DNA of 63,716 nt, counting the filler, from Octopus bimaculoides (Eukaryota): the NCBI RefSeq assembly GCF_001194135.2. It is 4 parts of 3 records of this genome, joined end to end, with 100 filler letters (N's around TTAATTAATTAA, not from the genome) between each part and the next. Parts side by side here need not be neighbours in the genome. Positions count along the whole stretch, not along the records: positions 26,617 to 36,945 come from NC_068983.1; positions 37,046 to 62,438 come from NC_068987.1; 2 more parts are not named here. One strand, written 5' to 3'. This document shows positions 32,149 through 45,369 of this stretch, piece after piece (the stretch's first letter is position 1; each line of letters opens with the position of its first letter). Below the pieces are notes generated by a model. It saw nothing but the letters and a program-made list of their open reading frames with translations. It was not told where the DNA came from and ran no database searches. The translations under genes and the position numbers were made by a program.

Positions 32149-33990
32149 TCAGGCTGGAAAGAAAGTTATGTCTGATCTTAAAGTCTTTATTTATAAATGA
32201 AAAACTTATGTTTATATGTGCATGTTCGACAGAGTGTAAGCATAGCATCTTGAGAGAAAAGTTAGGCATAAGAGGCATCAGATGTAGTGTGCAAGAGAGA
32301 TGATTGAGCTGGTATGGTTGTGTGATATGTATGGATGAGAACAGCTGTGTAAAGAAGTGCCAATCTCTAACTATGGAGCAAACCTGTGGTAGAGGTAGAC
32401 CCAGGAAGACATGGAAAGAGGTGGTGAAGTATGATCTTCAAGCTTTGAGCCTCACAGAGGCAATGACTAGTGACTGAGACCTTTGGCAATTTGCTGTGCT
32501 TGAGAGGACCTGTCCAAGTGCACCCATGCTGGTGGCATGTAAAGAACACTTTTTGAGCATTGGGCCTCACGAAGGCAAAGTGACTGAGTTCCTTTTGAGT
32601 GTTGGGCCTTACGAGGCAATGACTGAGACTTTTGACATTATGTTGTGCTTGGGAAGAAGACCTACCAAGTCAAGCAAATTGGTACATAAAAGCACCCCAG
32701 TGTTACCCATGCTCTTGGAGTGGTTGGCATTAGGAAGGGCATCCAGCCATAGAAAACCGTGCCAAATCAGACTGGAGTCTGGTGCAGCTTTCCAGCATGC
32801 CAGCCCAGTCAAACTGTCCAACCCATGCCAGCATGGACAACAGACGTTAAATGATGATGATGATGACGATGAAATATTTAATGATTAACATAACATCCAT
32901 TACTTTGTAGAGCCTCATTCCATCTGTCAACAAGCCACATTTGTAAAATTCTTTAGGTTTTGATGCAAAGTATGATGCCAGTTTCTTTTCAACCTCTTCT
33001 CTTGATGTCAACCTAAGACCATCCAAATGATTCTGTAATCTCTGAAACAAGTGATAATCAGAAGGTGCAAGGTCAGGAAAATATGGAGGATGAAGCAATT
33101 TCTCTCATTGGGGCTCTTCTAAGAGATCTTTAGTCAATTGTGGAGTGTGTGGGCAGGCATTACTGTGATGCAGAATGACTCCCTTTCAGTTGACTAAGGA
33201 TGGTTGGTTTTTGTCCAAAGCTGCTCTCAAATGACAAAGTGGATCACAGTAGAGATTAGCATTGATTGTTTGATTATTGTCCAACAGTTTGTAATGGGTA
33301 ATTCTTTGAATATCTCACCATACACTCAACATGATCTTCTTTATATGAAGTAATCATCCTGGTTGCTGAGCAGGTCTGCTTCCTCAACAAGGGCATTTAA
33401 CATTATGATAAAGGGTTCACTTCTCATCACTAGTGACAAGCCTATCCAAAAATGACATCTGATGTTGTCATGTAAGCAATGACACTCAACAAGCAACACA
33501 TTGTTGCAGATTCTCTGGAGACAGGTCATGAGGGATCCATTTTCCAACTACTGAAATCTTTCCAATTCTTTTCAGTCCATGTAGGATAGTCGTATGTCTT
33601 ACTTTAAATTTCTCAGCAAGTTCCCTAGTACTAGTGATGGGATTTGCTGTGATAACAGCTTCCAACTCTTGGGAATCAAGAGCTTTTGGATGACCCTCCT
33701 TTGGCTTGCCATCTAAGATGAAATTTCCACTTTGGAAACAAAAAAGCACCTCCAGCAACTTCTTTCATTTACTACATCATCTCCATAAGTGTTCTGAATG
33801 GATTTTGCTGCTGCACTCACATTGACACCTTTATGAAACTCAAAGAGTAAAGCATGTCTAATGTGTTCTTTAGTTGGAGCAAACATTGAGGGTGAATAAC
33901 AAAGAAGATTGAGAACAATATTTTTTTAACCTGAAAAAAGAAAATATAAATTACTCGTTGTTTCATTCCATGATTGATAACAAGAGACAA
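32149..33990 (-). mobile_element. mariner (Tc1/mariner) element with decayed transposase (ATG 33886 to about 32880), interrupted by an RTE
   Basis: MFAPTKEHIRHALLFEFHKG, GKWIPHDL (WVPHEL motif), HPPYFPDLAPSDYHLF (YSPDLAP motif); TIR-like TA|TCAGGCTGGAAAGAAAGTTATGTC at 32147. Confidence 0.85.
32218..32872 (+). mobile_element. RTE-clade LINE, 5'-truncated: ORF C-terminus, 3'UTR and (GAT)n tail
   Basis: ILREKLGIRGIRCSVQER.LSWYG and CGRGRPRKTWKEVVK.DL are typical RTE C-terminal motifs; tail shared with family E. Confidence 0.85.
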
Positions 33991-34199
33991 TACATTAATA
34001 ATTGTCATCTAAAATTTCATCTAGAAACTTTTGTTCCCACTTGTATGCAGCATCCATTGTAATATATCTTCACATTCCACCAAGCCCCACCCACTACTTG
34101 AAAATTTCCAAATTAAGATTCTTTCACTTAACTTCTACCTTACCCTTCTCATTCAAGTTCAATGCAACTCCACCAGCACATTACACCTTCATACAAAAG

Positions 34200-35870
34200 C
34201 CAAATGATTGTCAAAAGTTTTATAAGTCACAGGATGTACAGCTATTGAAAAATGTACTACACAGGTAAAAAGCTTCACTGAAGATTCTTCAGTCTCAGCT
34301 GTGATACAAAACAAATATCAGCAAATGAGAAAAAACAAATCAGGTCCATTTAAAAGCATGCCATCAAAGAAAAGGCCAAAAAATGACTGCATCAATTCAT
34401 GTGGTATATGTGGTAAGATTCATCCATCCTGCCAATGTGAAAATGCCATAACCAAAATCATTTTGCCAATCTGTGCTATTCTAAACAATCACAAGCTGTG
34501 TCAAAAATAAGCTCACAAGAAAATGAATTGTCATATCAATATTTATTTCTAGATGGTATCAAACTGGAAATAAATGAGGTAACGTCTCACTGGACACAAG
34601 TCACCATAGTAGAAGCATTGACTTCAAACTTGATACTGCTGAACAAGCAAATATTTCAAACAGCACACTGTGTCTGACTGAAGAGCTAGTCAACACACCA
34701 TCCAAACTGAAGTTCAGGTTGAAATTAAATGTTCAGCAAACAACAAAATTATGAAAGTTATGTTTCAAGCTATCACACTGAAAGCATCACATATCCTAGC
34801 AAAAGATACATGTGTTAATTACATTTATTTAGGTATACTCTGAGAATTTATCACTAGATTCAAATGGCCTGTGTAAAGACATTGAAAAATTACTTGCTCA
34901 ATACTCAATTAAGTTAAAACTAGATGCTAGTCCTACACTCTTCATGAAGAATTCTTTAAATTATTTGTCATAAGGTGCAAGCTGAACTTGATTGCAAGGA
35001 GCAGCTGCAACATGAGCCTACAGCATGGGTCAACTCAATGGTCACAACACAAAAAGGTGACAGGACAAGGATTTGTAATGATCCAGCTGATGTCAACAAA
35101 GTTATATGTGAACATCACCAAACTATCACAGTTGAAATTGCTGCACATACAGGCAGTGCTACAAAGTTCACCAAACTTGATGGCACAGCACATTTCCTGG
35201 CATATAGAACTGGATGAAGAGAGCTCAGAAAGTAAGAATATTTTGTTTGACAGATATTGCCTTCTGTGTTTAGCATTTGGTTTATGCAGTTTGAGATATA
35301 ATGCAACAAACTATGAAAAATATCCTTGAAGTAATAGAAGTGTGAAAGTCATTGTTGACAACATACTAATGTAGGGTAGTTCCAACAAAGAACATGACAG
35401 GGGCTTGGAACAAGTACTTAACTGCATTGATTAAGTAGGACTTAAACCCTGACAAAGCAGAAACTGATAAAGTTAAAGTTAATTATGTTATTCATTTACT
35501 CACTCATCATGATGTTAAACCAAATCCAGAACATGTGTGTGCAAGCAAGATGATTTTAAGGAACGGTCACATATGTTGTAAAATTTATTCCTAATTTATC
35601 AAATGTTTCAACTGCATTACATGAACTTACCAAAGATGATATTGAATTGACATGGAATTATACACAAGGGAAGAGATTTGATAAGCTAAAAGAATTGATA
35701 ATAAATGCTCCAGTTCTGAAGTATTAACATGTCAAGAAAGTGATTATACTGCTTAAAACTGATTATACAGTAGACTGCTTAAAAGACAGTCAAAGAACAT
35801 GTATATTATAAGATGATCATCCTATTGTGTATGCATCACATGCATTAATGAAAACCAAAAGAAAACAGAT
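34200..35870 (+). pseudogene. Ty3/Gypsy LTR retrotransposon gag-pol relic, probably Mag-like
   Basis: Gag knuckle CGICGKIH; RT motifs EPTAWVNSMV, RICNDPADVNK, FTKLDG, FWHIELDEES, FG.Y...LAFGL, VIVDNILM; later connection/RNase H remnants. No LTRs found. Confidence 0.8.
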
Positions 35871-35929
35871 ATTATTGCTGTTGTTGTTGTTATCATTGTT
35901 ATTATTATTATTGTTGTAGTCATTGTTGT

Positions 35930-36075
35930 TGTTAAGGTTGACTTTGCCTTTCATCCTTTTGGGGTCAATAAAATAAGTATCAGTTACGCACTAGGGTTGA
36001 TGTAATTGACTTATCCACTCCCCACAAATTTCAGGCCTTGTGCCTATAGTAGAAAGGATTATTATTATTATTATT
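35930..36075 (+). mobile_element. SINE family B, 3' half
   Basis: GACTTTGCCTTTCATCCTTTTGGGGTCAATAAAATAAGTATCAG...GTAGAAAGGATTATTATT. Confidence 0.8.
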
Positions 36076-36107
36076 ATTATGATTGTTATTATTATTATCA
36101 CTAGTAA

Positions 36108-36209
36108 GATTGGAGCCTGGGGTAACCATCTGGTTCACCAGTCCTCAGTCAAATCGTCCAACCCATGCTAGCATGGAAAGCGGACGTTAAACGATGATGA
36201 TGATGATGA
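36108..36209 (+). mobile_element. Family E / RTE-tail 3' fragment
   Basis: GATTGGAGCCTGG...CCAACCCATGCTAGCATGGAAAGCGGACGTTAAACGATGATGATG. Confidence 0.85.
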
Positions 36210-36259
36210 CTAGTAAATCTACCTGTCTATGATGAAGGCATAAAATGAGGGAGGGAAGT

Positions 36260-36720
36260 CATAACAGCAGTATGTATAGAGAGATGTGTAAATAGACTTG
36301 ATAGATTACTGGGTGATGTTTTAGTGAAATCACAATACTGTTGGTGATACACCATGCTACTGCAGCTATATGACATGTTTGCGACTGACGTGATGACGAT
36401 TCACTCCCAAAGTGAAATAGGCTCCCAGCCTCTGTATCATGAATGGTAATATGGACCACTCCTAATGAAATCCAGAGCTTTCTTCGACCACTGCATAAAA
36501 AGTATTAAGAAAGCAAATGTTATTTAGATATACTTTCATTTGAGTTGTTTACACTATTTTATGCTTGTATATACTCTTATACATTCAAAGTTCACAAATT
36601 TCCTTATTTAATACAATTAAACCTTGGGAGAGGCATTATGCCAGTAATAAACACACGCACTGGTTCAGTCCTTTATTAATTTATATAGTTTTTTGTTAAA
36701 TTATTTCATTGCACTCTTGC
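36260..36720 (-). pseudogene. Possible very old mariner relic
   Basis: TIHDTEAGSLFHFGSESSSRQSQ loosely resembles ITGDETW.H.F.PESKRQS. Confidence 0.3.
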
Positions 36721-36945
36721 AATCTCTTCAGTAACTTGTCTCTCCACTTCCATTTATTTTGAATGTATGATCTGGCGTTGTTTTGGCGTTGTTTCGAAAC
36801 TGTTCGGTATGAGCATGTGAGTGTGTGCAAGCTCGTATGTGTGCACGGTCATATGTGTGCACACACTTATGTGTTCATGCTTATATGTAAGTATGTGCGT
36901 CCATATGTGTGTTTGTAACAATTTTGTTTATATCAGATTAGATAG

Positions 36946-37045
36946 NNNNNNNNNNNNNNNNNNNNNNNNNNNNNNNNNNNNNNNNNNNNTTAATTAATTA
37001 ANNNNNNNNNNNNNNNNNNNNNNNNNNNNNNNNNNNNNNNNNNNN
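36946..37045. other. Artificial scaffold spacer N44-TTAATTAATTAA-N44
   Basis: Same construct as at 26517. Confidence 0.9.
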
Positions 37046-37214
37046 TACACACATATATATATATCCATATATATATACATACACATGTACATACATCCAT
37101 ATAGATATCCACATCCACATACGCACATGCACGTACACACATCCACGCATGCACTCACAAGCAAATAGATATGCATGTGCATACATACAGGAGGAGTATC
37201 TCTAGTAATAGAAG

Positions 37215-37400
37215 ACCAACGGCAACAAGAACATATTGGTGTGTTTACGTCCCCGTAACATAGCGGTTCGGCATAAGTGACCGATATAATAAGTACTAGG
37301 GTTACAAAGAATAAGTCCTGCGGTCGATTTGCTCGACTAAAGGCGGTGCTCCAGCATGGCCGCATTCAAATGACTGCAACAAGTAAGAGAGTAAAAGAGT
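37215..37400 (+). mobile_element. SINE family A, 3' half
   Basis: GGTGTGTTTACGTCCCCGTAAC...GCTCGACTAAAGGCGGTGCTCCAGCATGGCCGCA. Confidence 0.85.
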
Positions 37401-38124
37401 ATACATATATATATATATATATATNNNNNNNNNNNNNNNNNNNNNNNNNNNNNNNNNNNNNNNNNNNNNNNNNNNNNNNNNNNNNNNNNNNNNNNNNNNN
37501 NNNNNNNNNNNNNNNNNNNNNNNNNNNNNNNNNNNNNNNNNNNNNNNNNNNNNNNNNNNNNNNNNNNNNNNNNNNNNNNNNNNNNNNNNNNNNNNNNNNN
37601 NNNNNNNNNNNNNNNNNNNNNNNNNNNNNNNNNNNNNNNNNNNNNNNNNNNNNNNNNNNNNNNNNNNNNNNNNNNNNNNNNNNNNNNNNNNNNNNNNNNN
37701 NNNNNNNNNNNNNNNNNNNNNNNNNNNNNNNNNNNNNNNNNNNNNNNNNNNNNNNNNNNNNNNNNNNNNNNACTTGCCTTTAGTTAATTTAGTACAATTG
37801 TTTCACAGTTAAGAGTACATAATACTCTATTCTGATCTTCAGCTAAATATTCTAATAAATATTCTAATAAATTTATTAGAATATTTAGCTGAAGATCAGA
37901 ATAGAGTATTATGTACTCTTAACTGTGAAACAATTGTACTAAATTAACTAAAGGCAAGTGTTTTTTACTCTTCTCTATTGTTTTTTGTTCTGTGTGTATC
38001 AAAAATATCGCTATCAATCTGGAGTAATAATTTGTAGTTTTGAAATCAGTAGTTCTTTGACTGCTATTTCTGAATTCTCAGTATGTTGGAGAAGCAGGTT
38101 ACTGTCAATCCATATATATTTATG

Positions 38125-38158
<34 letters not shown>

Positions 38159-38454
38159 AATATAATTATGAGCCGCCAACATATATATACTATAAAGAAT
38201 AGTCTAAAATTGTTAAGATTTAATTACTTCTTTTATTGCAGTATTTACTGTTTCTCGGAAGTGGAGAACAATCTGACCTTGAAGAAAGTTCCACAGTTTT
38301 GATATTTGCGTTTAGAAAAAATATAAGCATCGACAAACATAGAACAATATGCTAACATTGCCTGTCACAAGATGATATACCAAGGTGTTTTATAACTCAC
38401 ATTTGAACATATAAATCCTTTTGATTACATATAGTCTTCATTATTTTCCCCGTG

Positions 38455-39060
38455 GTTAAGGTGGAAAGCTGCCTTAATCGATAGCACACCGGTCAAAAGG
38501 CTTAATGGCATTTCTTTCGTCTTTATGTTCTGGGTTCAAATTCTGCCCTGTTGAGTTTTGCCATTGATCCTTTCGGGTTCGATATCATAAGCACCTGTTG
38601 AACAAAGGTGTGAATGTAATCGACTAGCGGCTCCCCACAAATTTCAGATCTTGTGCTCATAGTAGAAATTATTATTTCTTCCATGTTTAATGTGATAAAC
38701 TGGCAGAATCGTTAGCACGTCGGACAAAATGCTTTGCGGCACTTCCTCACTTTTGAGTTCAAATTTCGCCGAGCACTATATTACGTTTCATCCTTTTGGA
38801 ATCGATGAATTAGGCACCAGTGGGGCACTGGACTCAACACCAAAATTTTAGGCCTCGTACCTACAATATAAACGCTTATTTATGGTGGTGAGTTAGAACA
38901 ATCGATAGAGCACTGGAATAAATTATATACAAAATTTCCTCAGACTACTTACGTTCTGAGATCATATCTTGTCGATGTCAAATTTACCATTCGTCCTTTC
39001 AGGGTCGATAAAATAAAGCACCAGCTGAGTAACATTCTTGAAAGTATCGACTAACCTCCA
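38455..39060 (+). mobile_element. Three old head-to-tail SINE family B copies
   Basis: Family B motifs recur from about 38455, 38690 and 38880 (GTTCAAATT, CATCCTTTC, GTCGATAAAATAAGCACC). Confidence 0.65.
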
Positions 39061-40289
39061 TTCTTCAATCGATTATTTCTATTTGTTTCACGTTTACAGT
39101 ACAGAATCAAAGTAAACTTAGAACGAAAGAAAACCCCATCGTAAGGACTTCATTCGATTTATGATATATTTTCCCGTTTCTCCATAGAACGCACGTTATA
39201 TTTCAATAACATATTCTAAAGGAAATATGATATATGTGAAATGAAATGTCATTTTGTTTACATTACCTGTAACTCATTTTTTTTACCTAACCAAAATTTT
39301 TTAATTCTACGATTTATTTCTCATGTATTTTTCTTCACATCAAAGTTACTAGATGATACAATCTCAAAAACTGCCACTACTCTAGCGCCACAACATTGCT
39401 TCCATACTTCATCACTTCTATACACTTCTTCCATAACAAGTAGAACATTTGTTTAATTGATACTTTATTTTCGAACGACTCGCCTCTGGTAATGTCGGAT
39501 TATTTTAATGACCTTCACTTGTAATAGAGTACAATGAAAAAGTGAGTGCATCTGCTTTATCATGTATACCTAACTTATCTATCTTGAAGTCACAGACACA
39601 AGCATACATACACACCCATATCTATTAGAAGTGTAGGTATATGCGCATGAATCACGGTAAAATAAAATTACATATAAATGTGCGTGTATATGTGTATATA
39701 AGTATTTCTATTGATACATAGATGCAAACCGATGTATATATGTGAATATAAACTCTCTCTCTCTGTCTCTCTCTCTCACACACACACACACGCACTCAAA
39801 CACATATATGGAGTAGTGTTCAGTAATTAAATATTTTCAAAAGGATGAGAGAAAAAAAAATCAGTTGAGCTTAATTAAATACTATTTATGAGTAATATAA
39901 TCACCGTCATTATTAGCGGCTACAGACCGACGGAGTAGTAAATTTACGATTCTTCGTATAAAAACATTGCTATCATTTTTTTGCTTATTTATTTATTCAA
40001 TTATTTACTTATCTCTCTATTTATTTATTTAGTTTTGTCTATATTTCTAATTCAAAACAAGTATGTTTGATATATCGTTTTCAACGTCTTATCTGTTTCA
40101 GGCTGTTTTGCTATGATATGGCGGTCAACACTACCGAGCAATCGTTGTGCAGAAAGCCTCATGCTATCGAGAGTCTCTTTCCTTTCATTTCTGTTTAGAG
40201 AGAACCCTTATATCGTCACACTGAAGACTAACACCACTTCTATTTTTGTTTTTGAAAATGAGTAGCTCCCTGTTATGCCTCATATACAC

Positions 40290-40630
40290 CAATGGTTCTT
40301 AACCATTTTTTGCTTGTTTTGATCTATGAGCCCCTTTGATTACTATTTTATTCTGGCGGACACCCATAGTTATTCAATGTTTAAAAGCTAGTTTTACAGA
40401 TACGTCTTTCAAAATTCCTATCCATTTTTTCACACATTAACTTGTGTTGGTTGAACTATGTATAATGTTAGAGAAAAAAAACTAGCTGTTTCTTGCAATA
40501 CATACCAATATATACTTCTAAAGCAAGATTGTTTTCGGGGGCCCTGCAGATTCTACTGTGGATCTCAAATTTACTATTATGCTGCGTGAAGCCCCAACAT
40601 CCTTATATAGACCCCGGTTGAGAAGCACTG
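40290..40630. mobile_element. hAT (Charlie-like) MITE, copy 1
   Basis: TIRs CAATGGTTCTTAACC and GGTTGAGAAGCACTG; 8-bp flanks ATATACAC and ACTTACAC (6/8 match). Confidence 0.8.
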
Positions 40631-41404
40631 ACTTACACGTGCAAGATGCTTTCAATAAGCATCTCGGGTAATATTTTTTAATTATTAGAGAACCTCATAC
40701 TTCACAACAGCATTTCCTGATTTATTTACCGACAATCATTTTAATTTATATATCTTGGGCGATATCATGCAGTTGTTTTCTAAACAGAAAGAGATATCAC
40801 TTATTAGATTTCTTTTAAGAACTTCGTGATAAGCAAGGAACAAAAAATAATTCAATAAAACCGTACTGGGGTAGATTTTTTCGACTAACAGTTCTTTAAA
40901 GCTTGTGCCTCGAATCTCTGGTGTATTAGTATGGACTCGATTCACAATTTCTCTCAAAACATCGTAACCCCCAGTGGTATTTTTCGGAACGAGACTGGTG
41001 GTACAGATCATAATCGCACTTTTAAATTTCCGAAAGTGACTGTGGCATTTACAAATATTGAGTGCATTAGAATATAATCTACAATTGTTTTTATTGCTTC
41101 TGCATCACTATAGCGCTTCGTAAGTTCATAGAGTAAGCAATGGATATTACGCACTTTAAACATCTGATTAAATTTTACTAGACATTATAAACGGCACACA
41201 GACGGAGAGAAAAGTCAATAAACTAGATCATGACGCTATATTCTACAAGTTAAACAAGATCCTGCCTGGGGGAACTGAAAACGTATAACTAATTACTTTC
41301 CAAACAGCACAATGAATATTATATACATATCTACAAACACACACACAGACACACTTATATTCATATACATACACACAAATATACACTTTTATTGCATATC
41401 CATA

Positions 41405-41443
<39 letters not shown>

Positions 41444-41879
41444 NNNNNNNNNNNNNNNNNNNNNNNNNNNNNNNNNNNNNNNNNNNNNNNNNNNNNNNNN
41501 NNNNNNNNNNNNNNNNNNNNNNNNNNNNNNNNNNNNNNNNNNNNNNNNNNNNNNNNNNNNNNNNNNNNNNNNNNNNNNNNNNNNNNNNNNNNNNNNNNNN
41601 NNNNNNNNNNNNNNNNNNNNNNNNNNNNNNNNNNNNNNNNNNNNNNNNNNNNNNNNNNNNNNNNNNNNNNNNNNNNNNNNNNNNNNNNNNNNNNNNNNNN
41701 NNNNNNNNNNNNNNNNNNNNNNNNNNNNNNNNNNNNNNNNNNNNNNNNNNNNNNNNNNNNNNNNNNNNNNNNNNNNNNNNNNNNNNNNNNNNNNNNNNNN
41801 NNNNNNNNNNNNNNNNNNNNNNNNNNNNNNNNNNNNNNNNNNNTATATATATATATATATATATTTGTGTCTGAATTTG

Positions 41880-42060
41880 TCACCCTACCATCGCTTGACA
41901 ACCGATATTGATGTGCTTACTTACCCGTTACTTATTGTTCGCCAAAAGTTACTGATAGAATATATACAAGACTTACAAAGAGTAAGTCTTGGGGTGGATT
42001 TCTTCGACTGAAGGCGGTGCTCCATCATGGCCACAGTCAAATGACTGAAGCAAATAAAAG
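41880..42060 (+). mobile_element. SINE family A, 3' half
   Basis: CCATCGCTTGACAACCGAT...GAAGGCGGTGCTCCATCATGGCCACAGTCAAATGACTGAAGC. Confidence 0.8.
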
Positions 42061-42330
42061 AATATATATATATATATAAGCATAATATAAATTATATACG
42101 CACATGGAAACATACCTTTGTGTGTGCAAGTAACTTTGATTTTAGCATAAATCAATTCTCCCGTGGACACCACTTAAGACCGAGTTGAATGAGCATATGA
42201 AATTATGCGAGAGTGATTCAAAGAGCAATCCTCAGTCGCTGTCATAAAAAGTGCTAGGTGCATATCCTCATGAGCGACGGCGCTTAAGATGATATAAATT
42301 AATCAAAGTGTAGACAATGAGAGTGTGGAC

Positions 42331-42685
42331 GAGGTATTCTCAACCATTTGTTTTTTATCTATGGACCCCTATGATCACTATTTTATTCTGATGAACCCCA
42401 TAGGTAATCAATACTTAAGAACTACTTTTATAGAAACTTCTTTCAATATTTCTATTTCGTTTTTCACATACACATCAACTTGCGTAGGCTGAATTATGTA
42501 GAATGTTAGAGAAAGAAACCTGGCTGTTTCTTGCAATACACACCAATACATACTGCGAAAGCATAATTTTTTCAGAGTCCATTAAAACACTACTGTGGAT
42601 CCCCAATTTGCTCTTTTGTTGCGTGGATCCCCAAAAATCTGATATGGCTCCTGTGGGTTCATACGGACAACGTTGAGAAGCCCTG
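42331..42685. mobile_element. hAT (Charlie-like) MITE, copy 2
   Basis: Same internal sequence as 40290; ends GAGGTATTCTCAACC and GTTGAGAAGCCCTG; flanks GTGTGGAC and GTATAGAC (6/8 match). Confidence 0.8.
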
Positions 42686-42939
42686 GTATAGACCTGTGGC
42701 TGCATCAGTACGTTTATTTCTTTGCTTATCGGGATAGTGTAACACTCATTTCAAAGGTAAGTTCACAATTATTACGGCGACGAATATCATTTGTGTCAGC
42801 CTTTCCAATGTCCTCTTTTCTATTTCAGAACCTGAAATCAATGTCAACCCTGGCTTATGGTCTCCAACCAAGAATATTTCCTTTTTATGTATTTTTGGTA
42901 GTATAAAGTGGAAATTAGTATAAGATTGATAATTATTTT

Positions 42940-43250
42940 GTGTCTGCATCAAGTGTCAGCGGGTATAAACTCATTAATGCTGCATACCTTTCCAGGTCAT
43001 TAAGCTTTATTCTGAGAGTCATTAATCTTGCGCTGATACCTGTGAGAAGATATGTAGCCTAGTGATTACATCATTGCAGACCAGACCCTATAAGTAAGCC
43101 ACTTCTGGTGTTTTTTCTCCTTCCAAAATTAGATATAGCCGCCATCATATTCCTTCAGTTCCCATACGACTAAAGGATGCAATGAAAAATAAATAATACA
43201 GTCTCTGACAAACTTCATCTTTGAGGCGAGATGTTTACGGCTGGAAGGGT
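42940..43250 (-). pseudogene. RTE-clade LINE AP-endonuclease fragment
   Basis: ELKEYDGGYI.FWKEKTPEVA and GISARLMTLRIKL...RYAALMSLYPLTLDAD match RTE APE motifs (GYTFFW.G; GVSERLM.LR..L; ISAYAPT). Confidence 0.7.
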
Positions 43251-44879
43251 ATCTATTGTAGATATGCTCAACTAGATCTGACTTCAGATTATAGATTGCT
43301 GTATATAGACATACAGAGATATAGAGAAAGAGGCAGGACTGTAAAGGGTGGAGAAACAGGTGGAGGCTAGAGAAAACGTACTTCAACGAGGTAGTATATT
43401 TAATTAACCATTGCATGCCAGAGTGTGGAATATTCTTAAACACATAAATATATGCAGGGCCATTTTAATGGTAATATAGCCACCTGCTGACAAATCAAGT
43501 CTTGAGCTCTTTAGTATTTATTTATTGACAATAAGGCATAAGATACAAGGATCAGAATTGGGCCCCTAGACACGTGAGGCCCTTCAGCCACTGCCCAGGG
43601 TGCCCTATGATGGTACTGATTATATGTCACCATTAGAGTAGATATTCCTACTGTTGTGTTAATCACAATTAGTATGCTCTATTCTGCTTGGCCATGATGT
43701 TGTTGGTAATTGTGGAACAGCTAAACGTAGCATAGACAGCACATGCACACACATGCTTACAACGGTCACTTTATTCATTTATGAGTCACTTTTACCTGAT
43801 GATCATATTGCCAAACACCGACTATCTAAATTTCGATGCACTGAATCTTATGCCATAAGTAATATCCTACCAATTGTAACTGCCCCATTAGATTGACAAA
43901 AAATAAAACACCAATCAAGTGTCACCGTTTTTTGTATATTTTCGTTTGCATGGTACGTTCCAGTGTCTGCTTCTGTCTTTAAAACTACCGAAACCAGAAT
44001 CAGAATGTCCTATATGATTAAACCAATTCTTTATATGCAGTATAACATTTTCCATGTGTTATCTTTTACTTCTTTCAAAATATGTTTTAAAGCAAGTTAT
44101 TTGATTATTTAGTAAACACAGCTTACTTTCATAAGCATTGCAAAATTAAGGTGCGTACTTCCAATCACATTATTCATGAGAAAAACAAACAAATGAAAGA
44201 CAATAATTGAAATGCGTAATACATACGGGTAGATTTATATCATAACTACATTCAATCGTCTGTAGTTAATTCAAATACTGACCACATGTAGTAAGAAAGA
44301 TTTGATTTTCCTTCGTTAATTTATTACTATTTCATTTTTTTTTTTTTGGTTAATATTAGTTTAAATGTATTTCTTCCTGTTTATATAACTGAATGAGATA
44401 GGATTGGGTTACTTAAGTTTTGTTACACAATCAACGTTGTCTAACATATGCCAGAATATGGTTACATAAAGAGTAAATTATTTTCGTTAATACTGTTTAG
44501 TCGTCGCGACCTTCTGACTCATCAGAATCGGTCATGTTGAGATTTACGTTGGTAAAGCTGATATCGTCTGTTACTATTCATCCAATTTTCAAATTTATTC
44601 CAATATTTGCTGTTGTCTATTGCCAAAAACATTTACCATCTCCATATATAATTATAATAATAATAATGATAAAAATAATAATACACACTCGCGTGCGCAC
44701 GTACTCTGTCTTACATACACACACATACACACAAACAGGCACACATACTCACATACTTTTTCAAGAACTTTAGCACAATTTCATTACAAGGTAATAAAGA
44801 AACAGAGTGAAACACAGAAAATAAAGTCGATATTATACAGCAGAAGATGAGGAAACAACAAGCTGCTCACTCCCGAACA

Positions 44880-45200
44880 AATGCCTTCCTCAACCGCGCC
44901 CTACACTTATGACTGCGATGGCGTAACCACGGAGAATGGCTAGTGACACTCGCTGCATCAGCCTCTCTGATTCATGGAGCATATTTCGCAGGCGGGCCAC
45001 CGTTATCCCGATATTGTGGAGAAAATTAGTAGTGCGGTGTTCTGAGAATACCTGAGGTCTCGACGGCAACTGGTACAAACTGAATACGGCTGGTAAGTAT
45101 CCGGTATTAGTTTCCTTATTTCACAACCATCGGCGCGCAAAGCGCTCCATACGAACGGAGCTTCCTGAGATGGTTGTGATCTGTAAACAGCTTTGAGTAG
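44880..45200 (-). pseudogene. CRE-like RLE non-LTR retrotransposon, extreme 3' end
   Basis: FVPVAVETSG and TNFLHNIG...ESERLMQRVSLAILRGYAIAV match the terminal motif P.AVET.G...FL...G....E...L.QR.S.A..RGNA. Confidence 0.7.
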
Positions 45201-45369
45201 GAAGTGGAAAAAGATGTATGAACGCGCAATGTGTATATGCACATGAAATTGTAAAACGGAAGCGAATAACGAAAACGCATGGTCAAGCAAGTTATATGAT
45301 CGTCTGCGTACCACGTCTAACACCACTACCACGCAGCTTTGCTGAAATTTCTTGTTTTTCTCTTGTGTT

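Noticed and set aside
37772-37959. Perfect ~90-bp palindrome
   Set aside because: Zero mismatches, starts at a gap edge and has a slipped 12-nt centre; most likely a fold-back read artefact.
40101-40260. Plus-strand exon after CTGTTTCAG
   Set aside because: Looks like a dispersed repeat fragment and has no convincing donor.
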